64,000 nucleotides of DNA from Archangium sp. (GTDB lineage: Bacteria; Myxococcota; Myxococcia; Myxococcales; Myxococcaceae), in the NCBI GenBank assembly GCA_047600485.1, contig JASGKS010000001.1, forward strand, positions 6,720,259 through 6,784,258, read 5' to 3'. Below the pieces are notes generated by a model. That model had not been told where the DNA came from. It searched no databases and saw only the letters and a list, made by a program, of their open reading frames with translations. The position numbers were made by a program, and so were the translations under genes. Below are positions 1 to 9,523 of the stretch, in pieces. The first letter of the stretch is position 1. Each line of letters begins with the position of its first letter.

Positions 1-595
1 AGTCCCGGGCTGCAGCACGGTGCTCGGCTTCGGTGAGTCGGTGTTGAGCGACGCCGACGTCGTGGCGCGCATCGAGCGCGACTTCGTTCCCGTCGCGGTC
101 TTCAACAACATCGGCGGCGCTGACGCGAAGGTGCTCGCGTCGTTCGGTGAGCCGACGTGGAACAACCCCGTGGTGCGCGTGATGGACGCCAATCGCCGCG
201 AGCTGACCGCGCGCTTCGAAGGGCCGTACACCAAGGACGCGTTCGCGAAGGTGCTCGACGCCGTGAAGCCGAAGCTCGAGACGCTCACGCTCGGCGCGGC
301 GTGCTTCTGGGAATGCGAAGCGAAGTTGGGAACGCTCGACGCCGTGCGTGCGTCACGCGTCGGTTTCCTCGAGGGCGCTGAGGTCGTCGAGGTGCAGTTC
401 GACCCGAGCGTCACGCCGCGCGCGAAGTTCCTCGAAGAAGCGAAGCGCCTCGACTGCGCGCCGAAGGTCTACGCCAACGGCGTGATGCGCTACTCCGAGA
501 AGGACACCAAGTACTTCGTGAAGGGCTCGGCGCGCTCGACGCCGGGCTTGAGCGAGCAGGACCTGGTGCGCCTCAACTCCAAACTCAGTCGATGA
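1..595 (+). CDS. msrA: Thioredoxin-like domain fused to peptide methionine sulfoxide reductase MsrA (5' partial)
   Basis: ORF runs off the window start. The C-terminal half carries MsrA signatures (GAACFWE, AEVVEVQFDP). The N-terminal part resembles a thioredoxin-like/DUF255 tail. Confidence 0.7.
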   Translation, partial: VPGCSTVLGFGESVLSDADVVARIERDFVPVAVFNNIGGADAKVLASFGEPTWNNPVVRVMDANRRELTARFEGPYTKDAFAKVLDAVKPKLETLTLGAACFWECEAKLGTLDAVRASRVGFLEGAEVVEVQFDPSVTPRAKFLEEAKRLDCAPKVYANGVMRYSEKDTKYFVKGSARSTPGLSEQDLVRLNSKLSR

Positions 596-3500
596 GGCCG
601 TCCCACTCGGCGCGCGACCACTTGAAGACGCGGCGCAACACGCGGCTCGTCTCGAACGCGCGGCCACCGGTGCCCAGGCTGTCGACCGGCAACGCCGAGA
701 GCATTCCGTACGCGGCGGCCCATGCGCGCGGCTCGGGTTTTTCGGCGAGGCGTTCTCCGAGCGCGACCGTGACCTCGGGAATCGCGTAGCTGCGTTTGGT
801 CTTCGGCATGCGCTGCAGCACGGCGAACGCTCCGTCGTCGTCGCCGCCAGTCACGAGGCGCGCCGCCACCTTGCCGATTTCCCAGTGGCGCTCGAGATCG
901 AGGTTCTCGATGGCTGCCGCGCGCGCGCGTGTCGCAGCGTCAGGAGCCGCTCCACGCATCGCAGCGATGACGAGACCCGCGAGCTGCGCCGGGTCCTTCT
1001 CTTCCAGCGCGCGAGCGAGCGCCTTCTCTCCGAGCTGCGGCCAGAGGCGACCGTCGGCCTCGAGCGCGTCGATGGCGGAGTCGAGCTCACCGTCCGCCAG
1101 CGCCTCGAGCGCCGGAGCCGCATCACCGAGCGACGCGGCCGCGAGACAGCGGGCGCGTGAAGAACCACTCTCCCTGTCGAGCCACGAGCGCGCGAGCGTC
1201 GCGTCGAGCTGCGCCATCAGCCGCACGCACTGCAGCCGCTCGTCGACCGTCGTGGCCTTCTCGTGACGGCGCGTGACGTATTCCGGCGCGGTCTCGAAGT
1301 TGCGGCGCATGCCTTCTTCGAGAATGCGGGCGCGCACCTCGGTGGTCGACAGGCCGTTGAACCACGAGAGGCACTCGAACGCGTCGTCGATGGCGCCGAG
1401 GCCGAGGAAGCCGTCGACCGTCATGTACATCACGTCGAAGTCGTTCGACGCGCAGGCCTTCGCCAGCTTCTTGAAGTCGGCGAGCCCACGCGGAGTCGTC
1501 TCACGCAGCAGCACCACCTTCTGACCCGAGCGCAGCTTCGGCGCGTGCGCGAGTGCGTTGTCGAACTCCCCCAACGCCAGTCGCGCAAGGGCGACGCGCA
1601 GCCGCTTCTCACCCGGGTTGTTCTCGGGCTCGATGGCTTTCTCGGCTGCGTCGAGCTCCGCGCTCGCGTCTTTGCCTTCGAGCAACTGCCGCAGCGCCGC
1701 ACGCAGCGCCTGCCCCTGCGGAGCGAGTGACGGCGTCTGCTCGTACGCTCGCGTGTAGAGCGCATCGTCGACGGTCGCGAAGTAGCGGCGGGCGCGGTCG
1801 AGTTCTCCACGCACCGCGCACGAGAGCGCGAGCTCCAATCGCACGCGCACGGCTTCGTAGAGCTGTGACGCCTTCTCCATCGCCTTGAGCGCGGCGTCGT
1901 CCATTCCCGCGCGGTGGTAGAGCCGACCGAGCAGCAGCGCGTACCAGTTGCCACGCCACGCATCTTTCGCCTCGGCCGCTTCGAGCTCGATGAGGGCCCA
2001 CAGGTCGAAGAGCTCACGCGGCTCGACCGACACACCCCAGCTCGGAGCAGCCTTCGCTCCGCCGCCGTGCACGTCGCGCACTTCGGGCGGCAACGACTTC
2101 GGCTCGGCGCGAATCGCGTCGGCGAACGAGGCGAAGCGTTTGAGCGGCGCACTGTCCAACGGAGCGCTGGTGCGACCGTCAGCCCAGCCGAGCAACTCGA
2201 AGGCTTCAGCGTCGTGGCCGTCGGGCACGATGAGCACGTCGCCGAGCAACGCTCCCCACACGCGCGCGCCCGGTTTTCCGAGCGGAAACTGTCCCGAGGC
2301 GTAGCCCTTCAAGCGCTCGTTATTGAGCGGCCCGTCGTCGGTCGGCGTGTCGAACAGCGCGCGCAGCGTGAACTTCGGTTTGTCGGCGACATCGATGAAG
2401 GTGAGCGTGCGGCCGCTCCACGCAATCAATCGCTCACACGGAGCCCACAACAACCCGCGCGGCTCGCTGACCTCGAAGGTGCTGATCAACCGCGGCGCCG
2501 CGCTGACGCTCCACACCTGCACGCGCTCTTCGGTGTCGATGAAGGCGACGGCATCACTCTTCGGGCCCCACGCGAACGGGTCGAAGTCACCGGGCCACGA
2601 GCCACGCGCGTGCGGCGGCACGTCGATTCTTCCGAGCAGCGACACGCTCTTTGCCGACGCGTTCACCTCGAACAACGCGATGCGCTGAGGCTCGTCTTCG
2701 TCTTCGCCTTCGATGACCGCCAGCCGCTTGCTGTCGGGGCTCCACGTGAGCGACTGCACGCCGTTCGCTTCGAAGTTCGCCCAGTCGAGTCGCGCGCCGT
2801 CGGCGTTCCACAGCTGCAGGCCGTCGTTGATGCGAGCGATGAACGCTCCGTTCGGAGAGAACGCGACGGGGCCGTACGACGACTCGAGCCACGCCAACTT
2901 TCGCGTTCGCAGATCGATGGCGAAGAGCTGGCTGTGGGAGTTCTCGGCGAGCAACTTGTCCTTCGCCCAGCGCAGCCGCCCGGGAGGCTCGATGCGGCGC
3001 TCTTCTCCGTCGGCGTCGTTGGCTCCACGCCAAGCACCGTCGGGCACGCCGGGCTCCATCCACTTCACATCGCCGTCGAGCGTCGCGAAGCAGCCTGGAA
3101 TGTCGGTGCCCTCGATGGGCGGAATCGGTTTGCGCGTCTTCGGGTCGTAGGAGGAGCGCCAGCACGAGACGAACACGCGCTTCGAATCGGCAGCCCAGGT
3201 GAAGGACGGTGGACGGCTCCAGCCGTCGGTGAGGTACAGCTCGTCGTCGATGCGCCCGCCGAGCACGAACGGGTCGAGGAACACGATGGCGTTGGTGTTC
3301 GCTGCGAGCGCGAGGGTCTTGCCGTCGGGGCTCCACTGAATGCAGCCCGCGTAGTCGGGCCAGCCGACGCCGCCGTCGATGGAGAAGTGATTCACCACGC
3401 GGCCGCTCGCCACGTCCCAGATGAGCAGGTCGCCGCCCGCGTCGTAGTCCTCTCCGACGAACGAGCCGGTCGCGAGGTGTTTGCCGTCGGGGCTCAGGCC

Positions 3501-3719
3501 AACCGCGATGAGCTCAGTGCGGTGGAGGAAGGGATGCAGCAGCTGCTTGCCGCCGCCCTTCGCCTTTTTCGCCGGTGCTGGCGCTTTCTTCGCCGGCGCT
3601 GGCGCCTTCTTCGACTTCGCCGGCGCGGCCTTCTTCGCGGGCTTCTTCGCAACCTTCTTCACAGGCGCAGACGGCTTCTTCGCCGCCGCCTTCTTCGCCG
3701 GCTTCTTCTTGCTCGCCAT
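585..3719 (-). CDS. Large WD40/beta-propeller repeat protein with Lys/Ala/Pro-rich histone-H1-like N-terminal tail and C-terminal TPR/HEAT-like helical repeats
   Basis: 1069-aa ORF. The likely true start is MASKKKPAKK at 3719, preceded by GGGGG about 10 nt upstream, which avoids overlap with the esterase gene. KKPAKKAA/KKAPAPAKK repeats. WD40-like strands (LATGSF, IWDVASG, WSPDGK). Helical repeats in the C-terminal half. Confidence 0.7.
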   Translation of the reverse strand: MASKKKPAKKAAAKKPSAPVKKVAKKPAKKAAPAKSKKAPAPAKKAPAPAKKAKGGGKQLLHPFLHRTELIAVGLSPDGKHLATGSFVGEDYDAGGDLLIWDVASGRVVNHFSIDGGVGWPDYAGCIQWSPDGKTLALAANTNAIVFLDPFVLGGRIDDELYLTDGWSRPPSFTWAADSKRVFVSCWRSSYDPKTRKPIPPIEGTDIPGCFATLDGDVKWMEPGVPDGAWRGANDADGEERRIEPPGRLRWAKDKLLAENSHSQLFAIDLRTRKLAWLESSYGPVAFSPNGAFIARINDGLQLWNADGARLDWANFEANGVQSLTWSPDSKRLAVIEGEDEDEPQRIALFEVNASAKSVSLLGRIDVPPHARGSWPGDFDPFAWGPKSDAVAFIDTEERVQVWSVSAAPRLISTFEVSEPRGLLWAPCERLIAWSGRTLTFIDVADKPKFTLRALFDTPTDDGPLNNERLKGYASGQFPLGKPGARVWGALLGDVLIVPDGHDAEAFELLGWADGRTSAPLDSAPLKRFASFADAIRAEPKSLPPEVRDVHGGGAKAAPSWGVSVEPRELFDLWALIELEAAEAKDAWRGNWYALLLGRLYHRAGMDDAALKAMEKASQLYEAVRVRLELALSCAVRGELDRARRYFATVDDALYTRAYEQTPSLAPQGQALRAALRQLLEGKDASAELDAAEKAIEPENNPGEKRLRVALARLALGEFDNALAHAPKLRSGQKVVLLRETTPRGLADFKKLAKACASNDFDVMYMTVDGFLGLGAIDDAFECLSWFNGLSTTEVRARILEEGMRRNFETAPEYVTRRHEKATTVDERLQCVRLMAQLDATLARSWLDRESGSSRARCLAAASLGDAAPALEALADGELDSAIDALEADGRLWPQLGEKALARALEEKDPAQLAGLVIAAMRGAAPDAATRARAAAIENLDLERHWEIGKVAARLVTGGDDDGAFAVLQRMPKTKRSYAIPEVTVALGERLAEKPEPRAWAAAYGMLSALPVDSLGTGGRAFETSRVLRRVFKWSRAEWDGLID
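3548..3716 (-). repeat. In-frame DNA tandem repeats (about 24-nt units cttcttcgccggcgctggcgcc) encoding the AKKPAKKA tail
   Basis: Directly visible near-identical tandem units at 3548-3716. A likely length-variable coding repeat. Confidence 0.6.
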
Positions 3720-3754
3720 TTCCGCGTGACCCCCGAATCGAGGAAGAGGTGCAG

Positions 3755-4885
3755 CTACTCGTAGACGAGGCGCAACGGGCCGGGGAACAGCCACGCGAGA
3801 CCTTCACGCAGCCGGTCGCGCCAGTTCTCCCAGTTGTGACCGTCGCGAGACTCGACGTACCGAATCTCCATCTCGGTGTTCTGGAGCATCGGCACCAGCG
3901 AGCGGTTCTCGTAGATGTTGCGCTCGTGCATGCCGCAGCTGATGAACACGCGCTCCGCGACCATGCTCGGGTTCTCGCGGAACTTGTTCATGAACTTGGT
4001 GATGGGCTGAACGAGGTCGCCGCGCTCCGACTTGTTGCCGAGGTCGGTGAAGGTGAACGTGCCCGACTGCAGCAGCAGCCGGCTGTAGAAACCCGGGTAG
4101 CGCACCGCGGTCGAGAGTGAGGCCACCGCTCCGAGCGACGCGCCCATCAGACAACGGCCGCGCGGTTGTCCGAGCAGCGGCAGTCGCGACTCGAGGTCGG
4201 GCACGGCCTCTTCAGTGACGAAGCGCGCGTGACGCTCGTCGTTCATGTACTCGCCCATGCGATTACGGCTGCCGCTGAACGCGACGATGAGGTCGGGGAT
4301 TTCGAGACGGTGAATCAGGTTGTCGAGCACCGTGCCGAGGTTCGCGAAGCGCAGGTAGTCGGGGCCGTCGTGCACGAAGACCAGCGGGTAGCGACGCGTC
4401 TTGCGGAAGCGCGCGGGCCGGTACACGAGAAAATCGCGGCGCTCGCCGAACGCCTTGCTGTTGACGACCCACTGCTCGAGCTTGCCCTCGGCCGCTTCAG
4501 GGTCGCGCTGCGTCCACGGAGGCACGACGTAGCCATCGCCGTGCACCACCGAGTTCGCGCCGTAGGGATCGATCGCGTGGTGGCGGTTGAGCGGGTCCTG
4601 AATCCACTGGCCGTGACCGCCGCGAACGACCTCGAGTTTGTATTCGAAGCGCGATTTGCGAGGGAGATCGAGCGTGAGGTACCAGAGGTTGGTCTCGGGC
4701 AACCGCACCAGCGCGTTCGAGTTGTCGAGGCCCCACACCCACGTCTTCAGGTACACGCCCTCGGCGTCGCCGCGGAACACGAAGGTGACCTTGGTGCCCT
4801 CGACGATGGGGAACGTGTGGTCGCGCATGAACGCGTCGACCGCGGCGGTGTCGGGCGTGTTCACCTTGAGCAGGTCGATCGCCAA
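3755..4885 (-). CDS. Putative esterase (enterochelin/ferulic esterase-like alpha/beta hydrolase with N-terminal E-set domain)
   Basis: 376 aa. The N-terminal beta-sandwich is followed by PLVFVHDG, GxSxG-like MGASLGA and a C-terminal His region, typical of the putative esterase family. Confidence 0.65.
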   Translation of the reverse strand: MAIDLLKVNTPDTAAVDAFMRDHTFPIVEGTKVTFVFRGDAEGVYLKTWVWGLDNSNALVRLPETNLWYLTLDLPRKSRFEYKLEVVRGGHGQWIQDPLNRHHAIDPYGANSVVHGDGYVVPPWTQRDPEAAEGKLEQWVVNSKAFGERRDFLVYRPARFRKTRRYPLVFVHDGPDYLRFANLGTVLDNLIHRLEIPDLIVAFSGSRNRMGEYMNDERHARFVTEEAVPDLESRLPLLGQPRGRCLMGASLGAVASLSTAVRYPGFYSRLLLQSGTFTFTDLGNKSERGDLVQPITKFMNKFRENPSMVAERVFISCGMHERNIYENRSLVPMLQNTEMEIRYVESRDGHNWENWRDRLREGLAWLFPGPLRLVYE

Positions 4886-4906
4886 GAATCTGCGTCGCGC
4901 CGGTGA

Positions 4907-5995
4907 TCATGACGTCCACCCCGGGCTCACGGTGCCGTCCTGCTTCAGGAGCAACGTACCTTCCGAGCCGAAGAAGCGGTCTCCGTCGAACAGCACGAAG
5001 TCGCCCTGGTCGAACGCCACACACTTGCTGTGCGAATAGCGGCGGCTCAACCAGCCCACGCGCAGCGGATCATCGAGCTTCAAGCGCAGCTTCGGGTTCG
5101 GCAGCGGCACCACGCCGCGGTGCAACCCGAGGCCCTGCTCGAGCACTTCGCTGATGCCCGCGCCCTCGGGCGGACTCTCGTGAAAGAGAATGACGCGCTC
5201 GCTGGTGACCATCGCGCCGCCGCTCCAGGCGACCAGCGCGTGGTTCTCGGTGAGCAGCTCGTCGAAGCCGAACATGCGCAACCGGTTGAGCAACACCGCG
5301 ACGTGACCACCGGCGATGGCCACCACGCCGACTCCCGACAACAGCTTGGTGAGCTCAGCGCGATGGCGCGCGATGGCGGGCCGCTGCAGCGGTCGCGTCT
5401 GCAGCTCGTACGCCTCGCGCAACGCGGTGACGCGCTCGAGATGCTCCGCATCGATGCGGCGAATGTGCTCGAGCGAGACGCGCACTTCTTCGGCCTCGAG
5501 GTCGGTGCCCGCCGCCTTGCGCGCGATGTCGAGCGCGGCGTCGAAGGTGCGCTCGAGGCGCAATTTGTAGAATTCCTGAATTTGCCGCAGCTGGTCCTGC
5601 CGGGCGCGATGCGCGCGCGCGTACTCGGGGTCGGCGGCGAACACCTGCTCGCCACGCTCGTACAAGCGCAGGTTGATGATCGGCCGCTCGAACTGCGCCG
5701 CGAGGTCTTCGTCCTGGTCTTCGCGTTCCTGCCAACCCGCGGTGACGAGCGCGATGGGTCCCTCTTTTCCGAGCGCGCGAACGACCGCTCCGAGGCTTTG
5801 CTTCAGCTGCTGGGGACCCAGCAGTGCACCCTTGAACTTGAACGACGACACGCGGCGCGGATGATGCGGCGCGAGGGTCGCGTTCTCAAGAGCGAATGCC
5901 GCTCGATGTACGCCTGCACGCGACACCTGCACGGACGGTGAGTCACCTGAGGCGATGCTGCACCAGCGCGAACACCTTCTCGCGCAGCCATGCAT
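4907..5995 (-). CDS. Hypothetical protein, possible class-I glutamine amidotransferase-like/peptidase S51-like fold
   Basis: Protein-like composition with weak AIAGGHVAVLL / WSGGAMV motifs. The annotated N-terminus overlaps the LysR gene, so the real start is probably internal (GTG/TTG). Confidence 0.4.
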   Translation of the reverse strand: MHGCARRCSRWCSIASGDSPSVQVSRAGVHRAAFALENATLAPHHPRRVSSFKFKGALLGPQQLKQSLGAVVRALGKEGPIALVTAGWQEREDQDEDLAAQFERPIINLRLYERGEQVFAADPEYARAHRARQDQLRQIQEFYKLRLERTFDAALDIARKAAGTDLEAEEVRVSLEHIRRIDAEHLERVTALREAYELQTRPLQRPAIARHRAELTKLLSGVGVVAIAGGHVAVLLNRLRMFGFDELLTENHALVAWSGGAMVTSERVILFHESPPEGAGISEVLEQGLGLHRGVVPLPNPKLRLKLDDPLRVGWLSRRYSHSKCVAFDQGDFVLFDGDRFFGSEGTLLLKQDGTVSPGWTS

Positions 5996-6854
5996 GACCT
6001 TCGTCGTGCTGGTAGCGCTCGTGCCACATCAACGCCGCCGGAAATTTCGGCAGCGGCGCGGGAGCCTCTCGCGTCACGAGGCCCAGCGTCACCGCGAGCT
6101 CATCGACCAACGCGCTCGGCGCGTTCATCAACAGGTCCGAGCCGGCGACGAGCATCAGCCCGGCGAGGAAGGTCGGCACTTCGGCGCCAACGCGACGCGT
6201 GAGGCCTTGCTTCTCGAGTGAGCGCGACACCGCGTTGGGGCTCGCGTTGCCGGTGCGGACGACGACGTGACCGAACGAGAGCCACCGCTCGACGGTGAGA
6301 GCACCTTTGAGAATCGGGTGGCCGCGGCGGGCGACGACTCCGAACTTCACGTCGCCCAATGAACGAGAGCGAGTCGACGGCGGCGCAGAGCGCATCGGAG
6401 CGAGCGCGAGCTCAGGCTCTCCCGCGGCGAGCCCTTCACCGAGCGCCGGAGGGAGTGTCACCACCCGCAACGAGATGCCCGGCGCTTCGCGGGTGAGCGC
6501 GCCCACCAACACCGGCAAGAGCGGAGCGAGAAGGTCGGGCATGCCGAGCACGAACGTGCGGTGACTGGTGCGCGGAGAGAACGGCTCGCTCGGCAACACG
6601 ACCTGCTGCAACGCCCTCAGTGCATCCGCCAGCGGCTTCGCCAGGGCCAGCGCCCGCGGAGTCGGCACGAGCTTGCGGCCGTCGGGCACCAGCAGCGGGT
6701 CTCCCAGCTCGGCGCGCAGCTGCCGCAGGCGGTGACTCATCGACGACTGCGAGAGGCCCACCCGCTTCGCCGCGCGCGTGACGTGGCGCTCCTCGAGCAG
6801 CGCGTGGAGCACGTAGAGCGACGCGGGGTCGAAGGCACCGTACGGACTAGTCAT
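5943..6854 (-). CDS. LysR-family transcriptional regulator
   Basis: N-terminal HTH (LYVLHALLEERHVTRAAKRVGLSQSSMSHRLRQLR) plus a LysR substrate-binding domain. Divergent from the epimerase gene. Confidence 0.85.
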   Translation of the reverse strand: MTSPYGAFDPASLYVLHALLEERHVTRAAKRVGLSQSSMSHRLRQLRAELGDPLLVPDGRKLVPTPRALALAKPLADALRALQQVVLPSEPFSPRTSHRTFVLGMPDLLAPLLPVLVGALTREAPGISLRVVTLPPALGEGLAAGEPELALAPMRSAPPSTRSRSLGDVKFGVVARRGHPILKGALTVERWLSFGHVVVRTGNASPNAVSRSLEKQGLTRRVGAEVPTFLAGLMLVAGSDLLMNAPSALVDELAVTLGLVTREAPAPLPKFPAALMWHERYQHDEGHAWLREKVFALVQHRLR

Positions 6855-6925
6855 CGACGTACACCATGCCTCGCATGAATTGCATCGATTGGAACCATAC
6901 CTTGCTGATGCGTACCGTGGAGCCC

Positions 6926-7885
6926 ATGAAGATCTTCATCACTGGCGGTTCAGGCTTCGTCGGCGGTCACCTCATCGAGCGGCTCTCGAAGCACCACGAC
7001 GTGCGCGCGCTCGCCCGCAGCGAGGCCTCGGCAAAGACGGTGCGCGGCTACGGAGCGACTCCGGTCGACGGCGACTTGAGCTCGGTCGACGCGAAGCTGC
7101 TCGGTGACGCCGAGGTGGTGGTGCACGCCGCCGCGTGGGTGAAGTCATGGGGCAAGCGCGCCGACTTCGTCGAAGGCAACGTCGAGGGCACGCGCCGCAT
7201 GGTGGCCGCCGCGAAGGCCGCGGGCGTGAAGCGCTTCATTCACATCGGCACCGAGGCGGCGTTCTTCGACGGTCACGACCTGCTCGACCTCGACGAGACG
7301 GCGAAGACTCCGGCGAAACAGAAGTACCTCTACAGCGAGACCAAGGCCGAAGCGGAACGACTCGCGCTCGCTGCCAACGCCGACGGCTTCACGGTGCTCG
7401 CGTTGCGGCCGCGGCTGGTGTGGGGCCCGCGCGACGCGTCGGTGCTGCCCGAGGTGCTCGAGGCCGTGCAGAAGGGAGCCTTCGCGTGGATCGACCGCGG
7501 CGAGCAGCGCACCAGCACCACGTGGGTCGGTAACCTCGCGCTCGCGGTCGAAGCAGCGCTCACTCGCGGCGTCGGTGGTCAGGCGTACTTCATCGCCGAC
7601 GAAGGCACGCGCACCATGCGCGAGTTCCTCACGGCGCTCGCGGCGACGCGCGGGGTCGCGCTGCCCGAGCGCAACGTGCCCGGCGCACTCATTCGCCCGC
7701 TGGCGTCCGCGGTCGAGTCGGTGTGGAGCGTGTTCGCCCCGAAGTCGAAGCCGCCGATGGTGGGCTTCAGCGTGTCGATGCTCTCGCGCTCGGTGACGGT
7801 GAAGACCGAGAAGGCAAAGCGTGAGCTCGGCTACGTGCCAACTGTCAGCGTCGACGAAGGGCTCGCGCTCCTGCGCACAATGTGA
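6926..7885 (+). CDS. NAD(P)-dependent epimerase/dehydratase (SDR family)
   Basis: MKIFITGGSGFVGGHL Rossmann motif and a YxxxK-like YSETK. Divergent from LysR. Confidence 0.85.
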   Translation: MKIFITGGSGFVGGHLIERLSKHHDVRALARSEASAKTVRGYGATPVDGDLSSVDAKLLGDAEVVVHAAAWVKSWGKRADFVEGNVEGTRRMVAAAKAAGVKRFIHIGTEAAFFDGHDLLDLDETAKTPAKQKYLYSETKAEAERLALAANADGFTVLALRPRLVWGPRDASVLPEVLEAVQKGAFAWIDRGEQRTSTTWVGNLALAVEAALTRGVGGQAYFIADEGTRTMREFLTALAATRGVALPERNVPGALIRPLASAVESVWSVFAPKSKPPMVGFSVSMLSRSVTVKTEKAKRELGYVPTVSVDEGLALLRTM

Positions 7886-7977
7886 CTTGCTGCACGTGGG
7901 TGTGCAGCTCCCTGCACACGCCTGCCACCCAGTCGGCCGGAGTCACTGGGGCACGTCACCTGCAGCGCCCGTCCACC

Positions 7978-8586
7978 ATGCGCTTCGTCTTACTCGTCGT
8001 GTCGTGCCTCGCGTCGCTTTCCCTGGCGCAAACGCAGCCGGACACGCTGACTCCGCCGCCGCCTCCTCCGCAGCAAGACGTCGAGCTGCAGCAACTGCCG
8101 CCGATTCCGCCGAGCACTCCCACGTCGGGCTACGTGCCGCAGCCGCTCAACCGCAAGCGCGACACGGGCCGCTACAAATACGACCCCGCGTACGGCGTGC
8201 CGCCCGGGTACCAGTTGATCAGCGAGCCGCGGTGGGCCCTCGTCGCGGTCGGCGCAGCGATGTTCGCTGGAGCTACGGCGTGGACCGTCGTCCTCGGCAG
8301 CTCGATGAACGAACCCATTCACATCGTTCCCATCGTGGGGCCCATCGTCAGCACCGTGAACGCGTGGAACTGGGCCGGGACCAACTCAGGGCGCGGCGTC
8401 GCGGCGTTCTTCTACACGTGGCTCACCATCGTGGAGATTGGCCTGCAGGCCGCGGGCATCGCGTGCCTCGTCGCGGGCTTCACCGCGCAGACGCAGTACC
8501 TCGAGCGTGAACGCCCACCGCGCGTGACGCTCGTGCCCGTGCTCGGGCCCGGCTTCGCCGGTGCGTCACTCGCAGCGCGTTTCTGA
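7978..8586 (+). CDS. Hypothetical secreted Pro-rich membrane protein
   Basis: Signal peptide MRFVLLVVSCLASLSLA, a PPPPPPQQ stretch, and two or three predicted TM helices. Confidence 0.5.
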   Translation: MRFVLLVVSCLASLSLAQTQPDTLTPPPPPPQQDVELQQLPPIPPSTPTSGYVPQPLNRKRDTGRYKYDPAYGVPPGYQLISEPRWALVAVGAAMFAGATAWTVVLGSSMNEPIHIVPIVGPIVSTVNAWNWAGTNSGRGVAAFFYTWLTIVEIGLQAAGIACLVAGFTAQTQYLERERPPRVTLVPVLGPGFAGASLAARF

Positions 8587-8662
8587 CGAACGATCGTTTC
8601 TTCTCTCGTCGGCAACCAACGCCCTGTCGCGTTGGCTGATCAGTCACACCCTGGAGAACGCC

Positions 8663-9496
8663 ATGAGCCTCTCACGCCGCGCCCTTCTCGTCGGAGCCGT
8701 CTCGTCAGCCGCAGCCCACGCCGCGCGCAACGAGCACGGCTTCGAGCAGACCAACGTCGAGCTCATCGTCGAAGGCCTCGACCCCGCGCACGACGGCATC
8801 CGCATCGCGCAGATCTCCGACATTCACGTCGGCATGTGCACGCCCGAGAAGCGCGTGCGCGCGGCGGTGGCGAGCATCAACGCGATTCGGCCCGACCTCG
8901 CGGTGCTCACCGGCGACTTCGTGACGTATTCGAAAGACCCGCTCCCGCACGTCGGTGAACAACTCTTCGGCATCGACGTGCCGACCGTCGCGGTGCTCGG
9001 CAACCACGACCACTTCGTCGACGCCGATGACGTCACGCGCTCACTCGACAAGTGCGGCTACGCGGTGCTCCGCAATCAACACGCCGAGCTGCGACTGCGC
9101 GGCGTGCGCTTCAACATCTTCGGCGTCGACGACGGAGGCACCGGGAGCGACGACGTGCACCGCACCTTCGACGGCGCTCCGAAAGACGGCTCGCGCGTGG
9201 TGCTCACCCACAACCCCATCACCGTGCGAAAGCTCCCGCGCGACGAAGGGCTGCTCTGTCTCTCGGGCCACACGCACGGCGGGCAAATCGTCATTCCGCC
9301 CATCACCGATGCGCTCTCGACCGCGCTCGGCCAGCCGTACATTCGCGGGCGGTACCTGGTGGGCGGCAACCAACTCTACGTGAACCGCGGCCTCGGCTTC
9401 GGCCGCGAGATGGAGTTCGCCCATCACGGCTCGGAGCCGGAGCTCTCGGTCTTCACACTCCGCTCGCCCGAGGCGTTCGGCGGCATCGGGCGTTGA
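8663..9496 (+). CDS. Calcineurin-like metallophosphoesterase with Tat-type signal
   Basis: SRRALLVGAV twin-Arg signal. Metallophosphoesterase motifs DIHVG, GDFV, GNHDHF, GHTHGGQ. Confidence 0.8.
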   Translation: MSLSRRALLVGAVSSAAAHAARNEHGFEQTNVELIVEGLDPAHDGIRIAQISDIHVGMCTPEKRVRAAVASINAIRPDLAVLTGDFVTYSKDPLPHVGEQLFGIDVPTVAVLGNHDHFVDADDVTRSLDKCGYAVLRNQHAELRLRGVRFNIFGVDDGGTGSDDVHRTFDGAPKDGSRVVLTHNPITVRKLPRDEGLLCLSGHTHGGQIVIPPITDALSTALGQPYIRGRYLVGGNQLYVNRGLGFGREMEFAHHGSEPELSVFTLRSPEAFGGIGR

Positions 9497-9523
9497 AGAA
9501 AGGTTGCACGCGCTGGCGAGTCG

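Noticed and set aside
1914-3764. 616-aa plus-strand ORF
   Set aside because: Antisense to the WD40 gene. Arg/Ala/Gly/Glu-dominated, as expected for reverse frames of 70% GC coding DNA. No motifs.
585-3794. Longest-ORF start (MAVPRP...) for the WD40 gene
   Set aside because: It would overlap the esterase gene end (3755) by 40 nt. The internal ATG at 3719 has a G-rich RBS and gives a natural KKP-repeat N-terminus.
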